A DNA stretch of 50,734 bases from Octopus bimaculoides (Eukaryota). Below the pieces are notes generated by a model. The model was not told the origin of the DNA. It worked only from the letters and a program-made list of their open reading frames with translations, and made no database searches. The DNA lies in NCBI RefSeq assembly GCF_001194135.2, contig NC_068996.1, positions 14,576,869 to 14,627,602 of the forward strand, read 5' to 3'. Both the position numbers and the translations under genes were made by a program. This document shows, in pieces, positions 11,521-24,900 of this stretch (the first letter of the stretch is position 1; the number at the start of each line of letters is the position of its first letter).

Positions 11521-12057
11521 TATNNNNNNNNNNNNNNNNNNNNNNNNNNNNNNNNNNNNNNNNNNNNNNNNNNNNNNNNNNNNNNNNNNNNNNNNNNNNN
11601 NNNNNNNNNNNNNNNNNNNNNNNNNNNNNNNNNNNNNNNNNNNNNNNNNNNNNNNNNNNNNNNNNNNNNNNNNNNNNNNNNNNNNNNNNNNNNNNNNNNN
11701 NNNNNNNNNNNNNNNNNNNNNNNNNNNNNNNNNNNNNNNNNNNNNNNNNNNNNNNNNNNNNNNNNNNNNNNNNNNNNNNNNNNNNNNNNNNNNNNNNNNN
11801 NNNNNNNNNNNNNNNNNNNNNNNNNNNNNNNNNNNNNNNNNNNNNNNNNNNNNNNNNNNNNNNNNNNNNNNNNNNNNNNNNNNNNNNNNNNNNNNNNNNN
11901 NNNNNNNNNNNNNNNNNNNNNNNNNNNNNNNNNNNNNNNNNNNNNNNNNNNNNNNNNNNNNNNNNNNNNNNNNNNNNNNNNNNNNNNNNNNNNNNNNNNN
12001 NNNNNNNNNNATATATACACGCACACGCATACATACATATATGTTCATACATACATG

Positions 12058-12097
<40 letters not shown>

Positions 12098-12973
12098 TAT
12101 GTATATATATATCTGTATATATTTGTGTGTATATACATATATGTGTGTGTATATATATATATGTATATATATACTTACATATACACATACATAGAAAGAG
12201 AGATAGAGGTTATCTTGTCAATAAATACACTAAAACATATGCATATACTTCTTGTTTGTGTGTATCCGCGTAAATATGCGTATGCCTGTGTCTATGTGTA
12301 TGTGCATGTGTGTCTGTATGCGTGTGTTTGAGAATGTGTGTCAGTGTGTCTCTGAGTCATTGTGTGTATATCCGAGGAGACATGACATTCATTCTTACTG
12401 TCGATGTAATCATTTCATGCACACAGGAGGTCCCAGTTGTATTAGAGGTTGTTGGCACATTAGCAACATTCTCCGCATGCAAGTTGAATTGTTTTCGGGG
12501 CCTTATCCCTGAGAAAATCTACTAAGATATGTTAAAGTTAATCCTTTCACAAACGTTAGAGGTCGAGTGGGCAAGTCTTTCTTTAACTGAGATTTCTCTT
12601 GTATTAAGCAAACGAGAGGCAAGGTTCATCCTGTATAGATTACCAGTTTATCCAATAATTTGGCATCTCAGAAGTTTGGAATTCTGTTCCCGACAACAAC
12701 GAGCAAACGAGTTGACCTTTATGCGGTTGCTGGACTTGCTAGATATAGAAGCTAAAAATACTTTCAATTGCCTAAAACTTGAGAAACACATTTATAAATG
12801 CAGTATTAAACAACATGTATGTAGAAATCAGACGCGACGGTTATGGCTGCAAAGCCTTTGATCATAGATGTCCATGGTCATGGTCGGCTTTGATGTTAGC
12901 CAAGGAATGAACCATTTACTAGTCACTCGGGCTGCTAAAAATGACAGCCATATCGTGCTCACACCTCCTACCC

Positions 12974-13169
12974 TTACTCTTTTACTTGTTTCAGTCATTT
13001 GAACGCGGCCATGCTGGAGCACTGGCTTTAGTCGAACAAATCGACCCCCAGGACTTATTCTTTGCAAGCCTAGTACTTATTCTATCGGTCTGTTTTGCTG
13101 AACCGCTAAGTGACGGAGACGTAAACACACCAGCATCAGTTGTCAAGTGATGTTGGGGGGACAAACACA

Positions 13170-13223
<54 letters not shown>

Positions 13224-13401
13224 TATATATATATACATATACATATATACAACGGGCTTCTTTCAGTTTCCGTCTACCAAATCTACTCACAAGGCTTTGG
13301 TCGGTCCAAGGCTATCGTAGAAGACACTTGCGCAAGGTCCCACGCAGTGGGACTGAACCCGGAACCATGTGGTTGGTAAGCGAGCACAGCCACTCCTGCG
13401 C
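12974..13401 (-). mobile_element. Family-A SINE, full length, with internal (TA)n
   Basis: Minus strand GCGCAGGAGTGGCTGTG (A-box region)...GGGTTCAGTCCC (B-box)...GTAAAAGAGTAA. Confidence 0.92.
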
Positions 13402-13443
13402 TTACTGTTTTTAAACTGGATGGACGCATTAATTTAGTGTATA

Positions 13444-14636
13444 CAAGATATCCCGAAATTAAGGCAACCGAAGATTCGGGCTTTAATAACAGTCAATAAA
13501 TGTGATAAGATATGAAAATAATACATCATTATAAAAACTTAGTATCTTTTTTTTTTTTTTTTCAGACTAAATAAATTCAGATTCATAAATTAGATAATGG
13601 TGATAGACCGAAATACAGTCATAACCGTCCACAAACGAGGCGAAAATAATACAGCTCCAGCAAAAAAATGATTAAATTGACTGAACCACAATCTAGATAA
13701 TTGTCAAGAAATTTCAAGAGTGGAGTTCCACAGCTTATCGACCTGGACGTGACTGAAAAAGAAATGTAAGGATCCTTCAGCTTATCAAAAGTACCAGAGA
13801 AAAGATACGGTGAAATACTCGTCGTTCCGTCAAAAAATTGGCTTCCACAGCAAAAATAAGCCGAACATCGATGTATCGAGTGCTAAAGGAGAATTTCAGG
13901 ACCAAACCCTTCACGATGATCCAGTCATGAGCAGACACAAGTTTATAGGACCATGAGACTGGAGAACAGTAGTCTTATCCTGCGTCAGATTACTGAAGGC
14001 ACATTCCCCAACTTGGTGTTCACTGATGAGAAGAAATTTGACACTGAACAGACAGTAAACCACCAAAATGACCGAGGTCTGACTCGTAAATCGACATAAA
14101 AATTCACAGTCAGTTATGGTTTGGGCGGCTGTGACAGCTACTAGAAGGTCTCCTCTCGTTTTTGTGATCTCGGCTTTTAAAATTAACATTGAGCGATCCA
14201 TTAGCGACATTCTGGAAGCTGAACTGCTTCCATGGGGGAATTCGCACTTTGAAGGCTCACCTCGGGGCCTCCAAAAGGTACAGCTCCAGACACACAACAC
14301 TGGATTCAGAAAAACATTCCGTCATTCATAGGCAAGAAGCTTCGATCGCAATCCGTTGAAGTTTTTTTTTTCTGTTTGATCCATTTTGGAGACGAGGCAA
14401 AACTGCGTCAGGAACGAGCTTCGATTCCACGAGAACAGTTGCGTGTCACGTGTGAAGCATTCGCACCTAGACTTAAGGCTGTGATTTGAAACAGAGGTGG
14501 CCATATCAAATAAATGTGGTAGTGTCATAGTTGTGCTTCCTTTACCATTGCATTGCAACGCTGGAATCTGAAATATAACAGTATTTTGCTTTGGAAAAAC
14601 TGAAAAACGTTGATTGCCTTGATTTGGGACACTTTG
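13444..14636 (+). mobile_element. Near full-length Tc1/mariner-superfamily fossil, maT(DD37D)-like
   Basis: Imperfect TIRs TA|CAAGATATCCCGAAATTAAGGCAAC and GATTGCCTTGATTTGGGACACTTTG|TA. Broken ORF from ATG 13597: NLVFTDEKKF, NHQNDR, VMVWAAV, ILEAELLPW, DRNPL, RLKAVI*NRGGHIK*. D-D spacing cannot be counted because of indels. Confidence 0.85.
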
Positions 14637-15094
14637 TATATACTGTAAGGGTGAAAAGAAAAAAAGACGATGCGGACTTGGTTGGTGTGTCATTGTTGAA
14701 AAGTCTGCAGGATCAGATTCAATTTAGGGCCAAACAATATCACAAGAAAACAAAACAAAAAAAAAACAAAAACACAACTGAAGAATATAGGGTGAAAACG
14801 AAAGAATATTATCTTCTCAATGGCCCAAATGAATCTCATTTCCATTTGAATTAATATATAAAGTTGTAACTCCGATATTATAATATTCTGTTCTCCTTTT
14901 CTTCGAAGTGACTCATTATTTTAAAATTTCTTCGTCCATTTTATGTCATCTCTTACCGATGATATCTTATCGTTCATCTTAAGTACAGGAACCTTTTCCT
15001 TTTGTATCCGTACATATGTTCTCCTTTATAAATTTCTGGTTGAAGAAGATGGTCAGCACTTTGCGTGAGATAAGGAATGATTAGTCGCCACCAT

Positions 15095-15255
15095 GGATTC
15101 CAGTGCTTTGCTTTATCAACATTAGGCTGGGTAGAAAGGACATTCAGTGGTTGAAAATTGACTTCAGCTGGATTTGAATTTAGAACAAACAGTCGGAAGA
15201 AATACCTCAGGAAGGATATTTTGCCCATCGCTCTAATGATTTTACCGACGTCAAA
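15095..15255 (-). mobile_element. Highly degenerate family-B SINE
   Basis: Minus strand GTAAAATCATTAGAGCGATGGGCAAAAT...TTCTAAATTCAAATCCAGCTGAAGTCAA. Confidence 0.45.
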
Positions 15256-15634
15256 CATATACAGCAGAATACAATCAGCAACATTAAACTGCCATTCAGA
15301 CAATTCTCTTTGTCGAATTCTGTGCGATCTAACCAGCTCTTGACACTATATACAACAACGGGGTAAATGACAATGTGTCGTTGTAACAAAGCTACAGGAT
15401 TACTTATTTTTGAAAGGGAAGCACAAGAATATTCTAATTTGTACCAAATAAACAGGATTCTGTATATGTTTCTCTAGAAATATTCCGAACTATTGACAAA
15501 AGTGTCGAGAGTCCTCAGAATCAGGATACAAAGAACATTTAATGAGACGTCCAAAAGTTATATTGAATTTATGGTTGTCCCTTGTTTCAGGTGGATAATT
15601 CTAAAGATGACAATTATTGTCTAACAGTAGTTCA

Positions 15635-17208
15635 ATATTTTCTTACAGATTATTACAGTTCTTGTGATGGATTGGATCTGTAGTCTTCGAATTAGCTTTC
15701 TCCTTTCTGGTTTTGAGAAGCCTAATTTCACAGGATTGGATTTAGGCAATGTGTTACATATCCCAGGGCCCCGATAATTACAGGTATAAACCTGAACTTG
15801 TAATCTGGATAGAGTAACTGAAGATTTCTCAATAGTTCAGCATAGGTGTTCTCTTTTTCACTGATCTTCAGCTTTATGTTAACATCCGCTGAGCAGCTAA
15901 TTTCCAGAACCATGCACAGTTTCTGTTCTCCATCTCAAATCATTTTATCAGGTCTGTTGTTCTTACGCTTTATTGAGGTCTTCACTGGGTCATTCCACCA
16001 GTGTTCCTTTTTATTGTGAGTGCCTATGACGTCTACCGTACTGTGGGTTCTTATCTCTATGTCTTCGGGGTTATCCTACCGACGGATTTCATTATAGAGT
16101 GTAATAGCTACAAAATCATGCTTCATCGGTAGATACTACCGTGATGACATTTTCGTGCAACTGTTTGTGATGTGGGTGATATCTTCGGTGCCAACTTCAC
16201 AAAGTCTGCATCGGTTGTCACATTTTACTGCTTTTCCTGCATCTCTGTCCCTTTTGTGTCCTAGACTGCGAACGCATACCCTTCAAAGAGGGAGGTAGTA
16301 ATCCGGTTGTTGATCCACGACAAACTGCTTTCATGATCAATGTCACTATCATCTTGGACTTTCCTACTAACATATCGATGCATGGCCTCTGCTCATATAC
16401 GCTCTTCATTTCATTTGGTGATACGTTGAGGTAGAGTCGTGCGACTTCGCTGGGCATGTATTTAGGGTTAACAGACAAGGAATGCTGCTCAAAGAGTTGC
16501 TTTCCAAGTCTTATGATGTTATCAGCCTCATGTATGCAAACTTAGTAAAGGGATGCACTTCGACACTTGATGGTTAAAAGAAGCTGCCGAAGGGATATGA
16601 TGCGAAATACAAAGGCATTTTGGATCGAAGTTAGGCCTCTGCCGCCTTGTTTTCGTCTTAGGTAGAAGTGGTCTACGTCACTGTTGATGTGGAAATTGTG
16701 TGCTTGTTAGTATGTTTCGGGTTTTCACATCAATGGCTCGGATCTCATCAAGCGTCCAATCAAGAAACCCAAATGTTTGTATGAGTACTAACAGTGCAAA
16801 CACACTGTGAGCCACTGTTTTATTTCAATGCACAGAGTTCTGAGGTCCAAATCTTCTTTATTCGGCTGCTTAATATTTTTCAATGATACGTGTTTTGTTA
16901 CAAGAGTCATAATAAGATATGTTTTCATCCACCTCTACATATTTGTAACATTCCTCGTCAGATACAGGGGAAACAGTCAAATCATTGACTGAGATGCTAC
17001 TAGTCTGGTTTATAGTTTTCCCCTTTTCACAACCATATCACAACATTTATCCTGACCAAACTCCACTCCTACATCCTTTGAGAATGTTGTAACTAGGTCA
17101 AGGCCCTTTTTCATCTCATGCATATTCTTTGCATAAACCTTCAACTCATCCTCATAGAAACAGTGTGTAATTTTGGTATTTGTTTCTTTGTGAACCAGTC
17201 AGATATCC
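15635..17208 (-). pseudogene. Decayed R4/Dong-like LINE: RT end, thumb, CCHC knuckle, RLE endonuclease
   Basis: ITHCFYEDELKVY, FSKDVGVEFGQDKC, KKIWTSEL, DVDHFYLRRKQGGRGL, CRLC...EDITHITNSC, NRPDKMI..CMVLEISC, FIPVIIGALGYV. Confidence 0.9.
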
Positions 17209-17363
17209 ATGTCTGTCTGTCTGTATGCATGTATGTGTGTATGTACGTATGTATGTATACATGCATGTGTGCATTTATGTATCTATGTATGTATCCATCT
17301 ATATATATATGTGTGTGTGTGTTTGTGTGTGTGATTGAGTGTGAGTCTGTGTGTGTGTGAATC

Positions 17364-17435
<72 letters not shown>

Positions 17436-17881
17436 AAAGATGATTCGTGCATTTGTACATATCAATACACTTCTAAATTAGAACCTGGAAGGCATGCGCT
17501 GCGGGATTATGCCTCAGAGAAATAAAATTTCTTTCTAATGGCTGTGGATAAAAGCACATCGGACAGTGCATCAAATTATCTTAGTGATCTAACAGATGCA
17601 GTGCTTTTTTCTTTTTTTTCTTTCGCTTGTTTTTTGCAAACTGCCTCAGTTACTTAGAGGCAAACTAAAACTCCTTTTCCGAAACATAGAAGGCAGCAGA
17701 CAATACAATTCCTATGTTTTCAATACAGGAGATTAGGATTTCGCTAAAAAAAAAAATGTTTTAATTTTCACCCTCCCCATTCCAATTTCTTCGTATTTTA
17801 CTTTTTTCGAATTTCTTCTTGGTAATCCACAGAGTACAACACAGAGAATACGACTCTTTAAGAATTTCCTTCTTTTTTTTC

Positions 17882-18202
17882 TTAAAGAAACACTAAAATC
17901 AACTTCCCAAACATCCATCCATCACCTCACCACTTTGAAGAAGCTACAAACTCCCAATGTTTCACTTTTAGTCTTTTGGAAAAGGGGGAAGTTTTTTCAG
18001 AAATAATGTCATTTACCTGTTGTTTCTAGCATGTCAGATTTTCTGGTGGTGCTCTAATATTTTTCCGTTTGCTATTTCAATACAAGTCTACGCATGCGTG
18101 GAACATCAGATGAAAGTGAAACATCGGGTGTTTTTAGCTTTTTGAAAGCGGGTAGGTAATGGGTGTTCGAGGTGGGGGAAGTGACATTTAGTGTTTCTTT
18201 AA
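17882..18202. mobile_element. Kolobok-like MITE (TTAA ends, ~90 bp imperfect TIRs)
   Basis: Perfect 16-bp inverted ends TTAAAGAAACACTAAA / TTTAGTGTTTCTTTAA. A second inverted block links 17935-17970 with 18113-18146. Confidence 0.7.
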
Positions 18203-19132
18203 ACTATATATATATATATTTCTCAGATACGTAATCTCTGTATTTTTCTATAAAATAGTTACAAATTAAGGAATTGCGGTAAGACGGAATGCAACAAAAA
18301 TTTTGAAAGCATGATTTCTGGGCAAAATCGTATTAACCGCCTTTTATGCGATGAAACAATACATAGTTTGTGATCCTCCTTGAGAAAAGAAAGCAATTTC
18401 ATATTGTACCCTCCCCACTTCACTTCTAAACAAACAATAACTACCATTACACTATTAATCCAGCTGTACTGAGTCTACCCGTAAGAAAGGAACAAATAAT
18501 ACAATATGGCTGTATGCCATAACACCAGGGCAACGCCAGGATGCATTGCTTGTGTGTGTGTGTGTGCATATACACACATACATACATACATAAACATTCA
18601 AAATATAGCCATTGATCAACAAAACTCGCGAAACGTCATTATGCATTATTTTCGCATTTTACCAACCAGAATATGAGAAAAATCTTTACATGGTATCTCG
18701 ACCTGCTAGAAATAGCACCCAAATCTTTCTCAGATCATAGTCTACACTCCTTTTCAAAGACGCATCGGATAATGTAATCTATTCATTATCTGTGTAACTA
18801 AACGATAGGATGGTCAATACTGCAGTTCACTTGAACATAGGTCATGCCTCTGTATACTGACATGCTGTTAGGCAACAACAATAACACCATACACTTCTGT
18901 CTATACGTCTCTCACTGCGGTATCTAGTCTGCCATTTTGCTTCTACTGTGCCGATATTATTACTTCACAACATTTTATAATACAATTACAAGCTACTTAA
19001 TTTTGTCTGGACCAAACCACAGTTAAACCCATTACGATTTGCGTCATGTTTTTAGCCCTGCAATAGCAAAATAATCCCCGGTTATGTCTGAACATAAAAG
19101 CCGTTTGACATTGCATTGTCAATCCTCAGACA

Positions 19133-19136
<4 letters not shown>

Positions 19137-19220
<84 letters not shown>

Positions 19221-19407
19221 NNNNNNNNNNNNNNNNNNNNNNNNNNNNNNNNNNNNNNNNNNNNNNNNNNNNNNNNNNNNNNNNNNNNNNNNNNNNNNNN
19301 NNNNNNNNNNNNNNNNNNNNNNNNNNNNNNNNNNNNNNNNNNNNNNNNNNNNNNNNNNNNNNNNNNNNNNNNNNNNNNNNNNNNNNNNNNNNNNNNNNNN
19401 NNNNNNN

Positions 19408-19466
<59 letters not shown>

Positions 19467-19510
19467 TACACACACACACACACAGAGCCACACACACACA
19501 GTCACACACA
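19137..19510. repeat. (CA)n microsatellite spanning an N-gap
   Basis: Directly visible. Confidence 0.95.
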
Positions 19511-19802
19511 CCCACTCAAAAGAAAGCTATCCACAGTTACACTCAAGCACATGCATACACAGACGCTGATATAAACACAGACGGATTATACTCAGACGTA
19601 TTCAGACTCAATTAACCGTACACTCGCACAAACATATAGACACTGGTGCAATTTATTTATCTAAGTTCAAATCCGACTGAATTCTGCTTCCTTCTTCATC
19701 CATCTATGGTCTTTGAAAAAATACCAATTAAATACCGGAGTCGATGTAATCGATTATACACTTTCTCTCGAGAACTGCTAGCTCTGAGCTAAGATTTAAA
19801 AT

Positions 19803-19840
<38 letters not shown>

Positions 19841-20130
19841 ATACTATCTCGTGAAATCAGAGTGTGCGTTTGGCTCCTCTTGCGCAACATTCTAGGCAAC
19901 AACAACAACAAAAACAACAACGACAACAGCCATGTGGCGATCTTTTAGACAAAAAAGAAACAAAAAGTATCGAAATAAAAAAGAAAAGAATTATGTAAAA
20001 TCAGAAAAAACAAAATAAAACAGAAGACGTTTTATCTTATTGGAGCAAATCTGTAATATTTGTAGCTTTGCTAAGTGAACTTTACGACAAATGTAGAAAG
20101 TGAGATTATAATTTTTCTGCTGCTTGATAA

Positions 20131-22381
20131 CACTGGTCAACAATTTAAAAAAGGTTGTATGCTTCTTAAACGAGATTAGTTTAATCGTACGTATTTTTAT
20201 GCACTGAATCCAAATACCACCTTGAAAAATGCTTATTGGCTATAGTTTAAAAGATATGCAGTATGTAATATTTGATTATTTTATTAGAAACTACTCTCTT
20301 TGTTTTGCTTGACGCTTATAGTGGGCTGAAGATATCATCATATTTTGCCAATGTCCAGCAATAGTCTGCAAGCATTACTGTGCTCCATTTGCCCTGGTAC
20401 TGCTTTTCTATGGTTGAAATATCTTGGTGAAACCTTTCACCATGTTCATCACCAACTGCCCCACAGTTCACTGGAAAAAGTCTAAATGTGCGTCCAAAAG
20501 TGAATTTTGAGTGACATGTTACATCTTATAAACCTTTTAAGTGTCATTTTACATCCTTCTAAGCCTTGATGAGGTTTTCCACCTATTCTTCATAGTTTCC
20601 TTCCCTTCTGTTTCTGATAAATCCCTTCACCACTAACTTGAATGCTTCCCAAGCAACTTTCTCCTCCCTATGAATGGTTGATTCAAAGTCACCATTTTTA
20701 AGAAGCTCTCGAATCTGAGGACCAATGAAAACTCCCTCTTTTATCTTAGCGTCGCTCAGTGTAGGGAATTTTGATGTTAAATACTTGAATCATTGACCAA
20801 GTTTGTTCATAGCTTTTACAAAGTGTTTCACGTACACCAGTTTTATTTGAAGTGATGGTAGCAAAATTTTGCTTGGTTTAGTGAGAGGTAAATGTTGAAC
20901 ATTTTTCATCCCAGGCTCCAATGATTGACAAGGTGGTCAGTTTCTCCTGATATAGTTGGAACCTCTTGCACAGCTGTCCCATTCACAGAGAAAGCAACAG
21001 TACTTAGTGTATCCACCCTGCAAGTCCATCACAAGAGCAACAACCTTTAAGTCACCATAGAGCTTCAACATATGCTTTATATTCTCATAAGTTCCTTTCA
21101 TGTGTGATGCATAGCCCACAGGAACTACTGATGGTTCGCTATTGTCATTATGCAGCAAGATACCTTTCAGACTAGCTTTTGATGAATCTATGAACAGTCT
21201 CCAGTGACTGTGTATGTATTCAATACCAAATGCTTTCATCAGACCATTAATATTGTTGCAGGTCACTAAATCACTTTCAATTACGAAGAGATCGTTGAAT
21301 TGCTGCTGACAGTTATGAAATTTTGAAATTTTCATATCAGCTGATATGAGATTCCACTGTTGAAGACGAGAGCCTAGCATCTCTGCCTTATTCATGGGTA
21401 GTTGCAGGTGTTTAACAAGGTCATGGAGTTCCCCTTGTTATGGGATGTGTCCTGGAGGAGTGTGCTTCATCAAAATTTTGGGTCACTCTGTAATCCAGCA
21501 CTGTCATCCTTCTCTACTTCCTCCTCATCACTTTCATCATCTGACTCGAAACCGAAGTTGGTGCATGAGGAACAGGTAGACCTTCTCTATGTAGCACTGG
21601 GCGAATAGCTGATGGAATGTTTGAATAGACTCCTTTTTCTTCTTTGACAAACCTTTTTGTACTGGGTTACCATGCAGAAATAACAATTGTTGGTATGGTC
21701 TGTTGGCTCCCGCCACGTCATTAGCACAGCAAAAGGTTTCCTGTTCAACCATTTGTAAAGGTTAACAGCACAAGTGTTGCAGCATATGTGAAGAGGCCAG
21801 TTCTAAACCTGGTCGCAAATCTTGCATCCAAAATATAGGTGATATGCCTCTCTAACCATAGCAGTTATACGGCGCTTTCTGTGATGCAAAGGTTACCCTA
21901 CCACAAATGTAGCAGAAGTTGTCTGCCTTATTCACACAAGTACTAGACATCTGAAAGAAGAAAGTAGCAAACAATTAGAAGATAAACAGAAAATTTATTC
22001 ATAAATTTATCATTATCATACAGCTTAGCAGAATTGTTTATATTATTCAGTAGGAAAATGAAATTAATATAAAATGTCTTGCATATCAAAAGCTTGCTTG
22101 ATGAATATTTATTATAAGTTTTAAAAATTACTTACCTTTCAACTCAAAATGTAAACTTGCACAGCACAACCACCTTCTATTACTGCTGGAACAATACTGA
22201 AGGGTAGTGAGACTGAGTGTGGTAAGAAGCACGCAGCTGAAAGCGTGTTGGAACATGTTGTAACATGTAGGTGTATGTGGAGCTAACAAACAAATTTAAC
22301 CATGATATTCATTATCAGCGACCTAAAATTAGTTTGAAATTTCTACTCTGGTCTCGGAAGCATTTTCGTTGTTAACCAGTG
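20131..22381 (-). mobile_element. Full-length Chapaev3-like DNA transposon (CMC group), 2251 bp
   Basis: 13-bp TIR CACTGGT(C/T)AACAA at both ends, TAA on both flanks (3-bp TSD), transposase relic inside. Confidence 0.88.
20300..21950 (-). pseudogene. Chapaev3-like transposase pseudogene
   Basis: MSSTCVNKADNFCYICG...AYHLYFG...HICCNTC (Cys/His domain); WRLFIDSSK; GDLK; GYTKYCCFLCEWD; VAWEAFKLVV; GAVGDEHGERFHQD; YQGKWSTVMLADYCW. Multiple stops and frameshifts. Confidence 0.88.
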
Positions 22382-22689
22382 TAATATATTTTTATTCATA
22401 TATACCCGCGAAGAGAAAAAGATGTAATGATTTCGAGAAGGAAAAATGTTTTCTTGTTGGCGAAGTAAGTAAATTTAATTGTGTAATTTTGGCTATACAT
22501 TTTGAAGTCGGCTGCAGAAGATTGGTCTAAAATCCAAGTAAGTTATGAAAACCAGCAATGAAACGGGCGAGGTAGCTGAAACCAGCTCAGGTGGCTATGG
22601 TTTACAAGAGACTGCAAAGGCTGATTCAGTCCTCGCTGTCACACTCAAGCAAAGCGTACAGGTTTAATGTCGAATTACATAGGGCAGAT

Positions 22690-22820
22690 GTGAAGGCGCG
22701 TTGTCTAATGGACAGAGTGTTGTACTCACGGTTACAAGAACGCAGCTTCGGTCGCCAGACTGGACGGTGCGTTGTGTTCTTTAGCAAAATACTTCATTTC
22801 ACGTTGCACCAGACCACGCA
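22690..22820 (+). mobile_element. Degenerate family-D tRNA-derived SINE
   Basis: GTGAAGGCGCG head and GTTGTGTTCTTTAGCAAAATACTTCATTTCACGTTGC core shared with 25266-25303. Confidence 0.6.
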
Positions 22821-23039
22821 ATGATCTCGGCCACGAATACGTCATGGGAACCGGGTAACTGACCTTTTGATTCCTAGTGCTAGAGACAATACATTACGTA
22901 GATCAGGGGTTTTGAAGCTGTGATGTATATGATCCAAATATGGGCTGCGATGTCATTTATATTTTTATTCTATTTTGTTTTTTTCTTCTCCTTTTTGTTA
23001 TTGTGTGTGTATGTATATAGATACAGACCCAAAAGGTGT

Positions 23040-24530
23040 GCATCAAAATCTCCGTATCCCTCCTGCTAAACACAAAAAAATGTTACAAATACGTAGGTAT
23101 TGATGATAACACGTACGAATATACTGTGAATAAAGACAAGAGTAGCTAGCCTTAAGAAATATGGTACTCGCAACAAAATAGTTTCTCATAGATGTAGGAG
23201 TAGCTGTGTGGTAAGTAGCTTACTTACCAGCTACATGGTTTTGGGTTCAATCCCACTACGAAGCACACCTTTGGCAAGTGTCTTCTACTATTGCCACGGG
23301 CCGACAAACGCCTTGTGAGAGGATTTGGTTGGCGGAAACTGAAGGAAGGCCGTCGTATATATNNNNNNNNNNNNNNNNNNNNNNNNNNNNNNNNNNNNNN
23401 NNNNNNNNNNNNNNNNNNNNNNNNNNNNNNNNNNNNNNNNNNNNNNNNNNNNNNNNNNNNNNNNNNNNNNNNNNNNNNNNNNNNNNNNNNNNNNNNNNNN
23501 NNNNNNNNNNNNNNNNNNNNNNNNNNNNNNNNNNNNNNNNNNNNNNNNNNNNNNNNNNNNNNNNNNNNNNNNNNNNNNNNNNNNNNNNNNNNNNNNNNNN
23601 NNNNNNNNNNNNNNNNNNNNNNNNNNNNNNNNNNNNNNNNNNNNNNNNNNNNNNNNNNNNNNNNNNNNNNNNNNNNNNNNNNNNNNNNNNNNNNNNNNNN
23701 NNNNNNNNNNNNNNNNNNNNNNNNNNNNNNNNNNNNNNNNNNNNNNNNNNNNNNNNNNNNNNNNNNNNNNNNNNNNNNNNNNNNNNNNNNNNNNNNNNNN
23801 NNNNNNNNNNNNNNNNNNNNNNNNNNNNNNNNNNNNNNNNNNNNNNNNNNNNNNNNNNNNNNNNNNNNNNNNNNNNNNNNNNNNNNNNNNNNNNNNNNNN
23901 NNNNNNNNNNNNNNNNNNNNNNNNNNNNNNATATATATATATATATATATAAGTATATATGCTTGTGTGTCTGTGTTTGTCCCCCCATCATCACTTGACA
24001 ACCGATGTCGGTGTGTTTACGTCCAACAACTTGGTGGTTCGGCAAAAAGTGACCGATAGAATAAGTACTAGGCTTACAAAGAATAAGTACTTGTGGTGCT
24101 CCAGCGTGGCCGTAGTCAAATGACTGAAACAGATAAAAGAATAGTGCACTTGCGGTACCGATGCTGATGCCAAGATTTTCGATACTTCACTAGCCTGTAG
24201 ATATTTAAAGTCGTAGATATTTAAAGCCGCAAGATCCTAACATCGACTCTAAACATCCACAGAGACAGGGTTATCACCAAGTTCTACTTAAGAAGACATG
24301 AAGGACATAGAGCTTGAGATCAATGCAGACAGCCTTCGAGTGTCGCACAGCGTCTGTTAGACAGCACTTGCTAAACAACAGTCTCAAAATTAAATACATA
24401 AATTTAATGAAAAAAGAGATCAACAGTGAACTCCTCAAGAGGCACTCGCTTTGTGACAATGCCCCATACAATCCCAAAATCGCCGAACTAGCATAACCCA
24501 AAGAAGTCCTGCACACGAAGCGTTTAGCAT
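23040..24530 (+). pseudogene. R4/Dong-like LINE fragment split by a family-A SINE
   Basis: KCYKYVGIDDN and LKKIW before the SINE; ALAVPML, RKILTS, SMQTAFECRTASVRQHLL after it. Collinear with 16450-16960 (minus). Confidence 0.7.
23191..24143 (+). mobile_element. Family-A SINE with an N-gap in its internal (TA)n
   Basis: Head GTAGGAGTAGCTGTGTGGTAAGTAGC, tail GACTGAAACAGATAAAAGAATA. Confidence 0.9.
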
Positions 24531-24900
24531 ACAAAATAAATAAATAAATGAATAAATAAATAAGTAGATAAATAAATGACTATGCATAGGTATATTTCCA
24601 GAAGATTTGGAAAAGACTGTAATATTGATCTGAAGAGCAGATCACATCACATCACATTTTGAAGGCCATGCATTTTAAATCCAAGAAAAGGAGATTACTA
24701 CAAACATCTTGTAAACAAAAGAGGTGGTGAAGGTCTTGGTGTCCCAAAATGTGACAGAAAATTTAGATTTTTCCTAGACCCGGACATTGTTACTAAATAC
24801 CTAATAAACAAAAGAAGCAGTGGAGTTCCAAGACGCAAACAATTATGTAGTTTATGCTATATTTCTGTGGAAGTCATCACACTTGTGATTAATGATTACA

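Noticed and set aside
9119-12273. Long ORFs of 200-415 aa in the track (also 19082-19574, 23224-24045, 27011-28024, 39543-40518, 45149-45610)
   Set aside because: They are made of microsatellite dipeptide repeats and N-gap X runs, not coding sequence
12529-12861. 110-aa ORF in unique sequence
   Set aside because: No recognisable motif, codon signal or splice architecture; length is within chance
24700-24830. Possible Tc1-like N-terminal fragment
   Set aside because: Too short and degenerate, no TIR found
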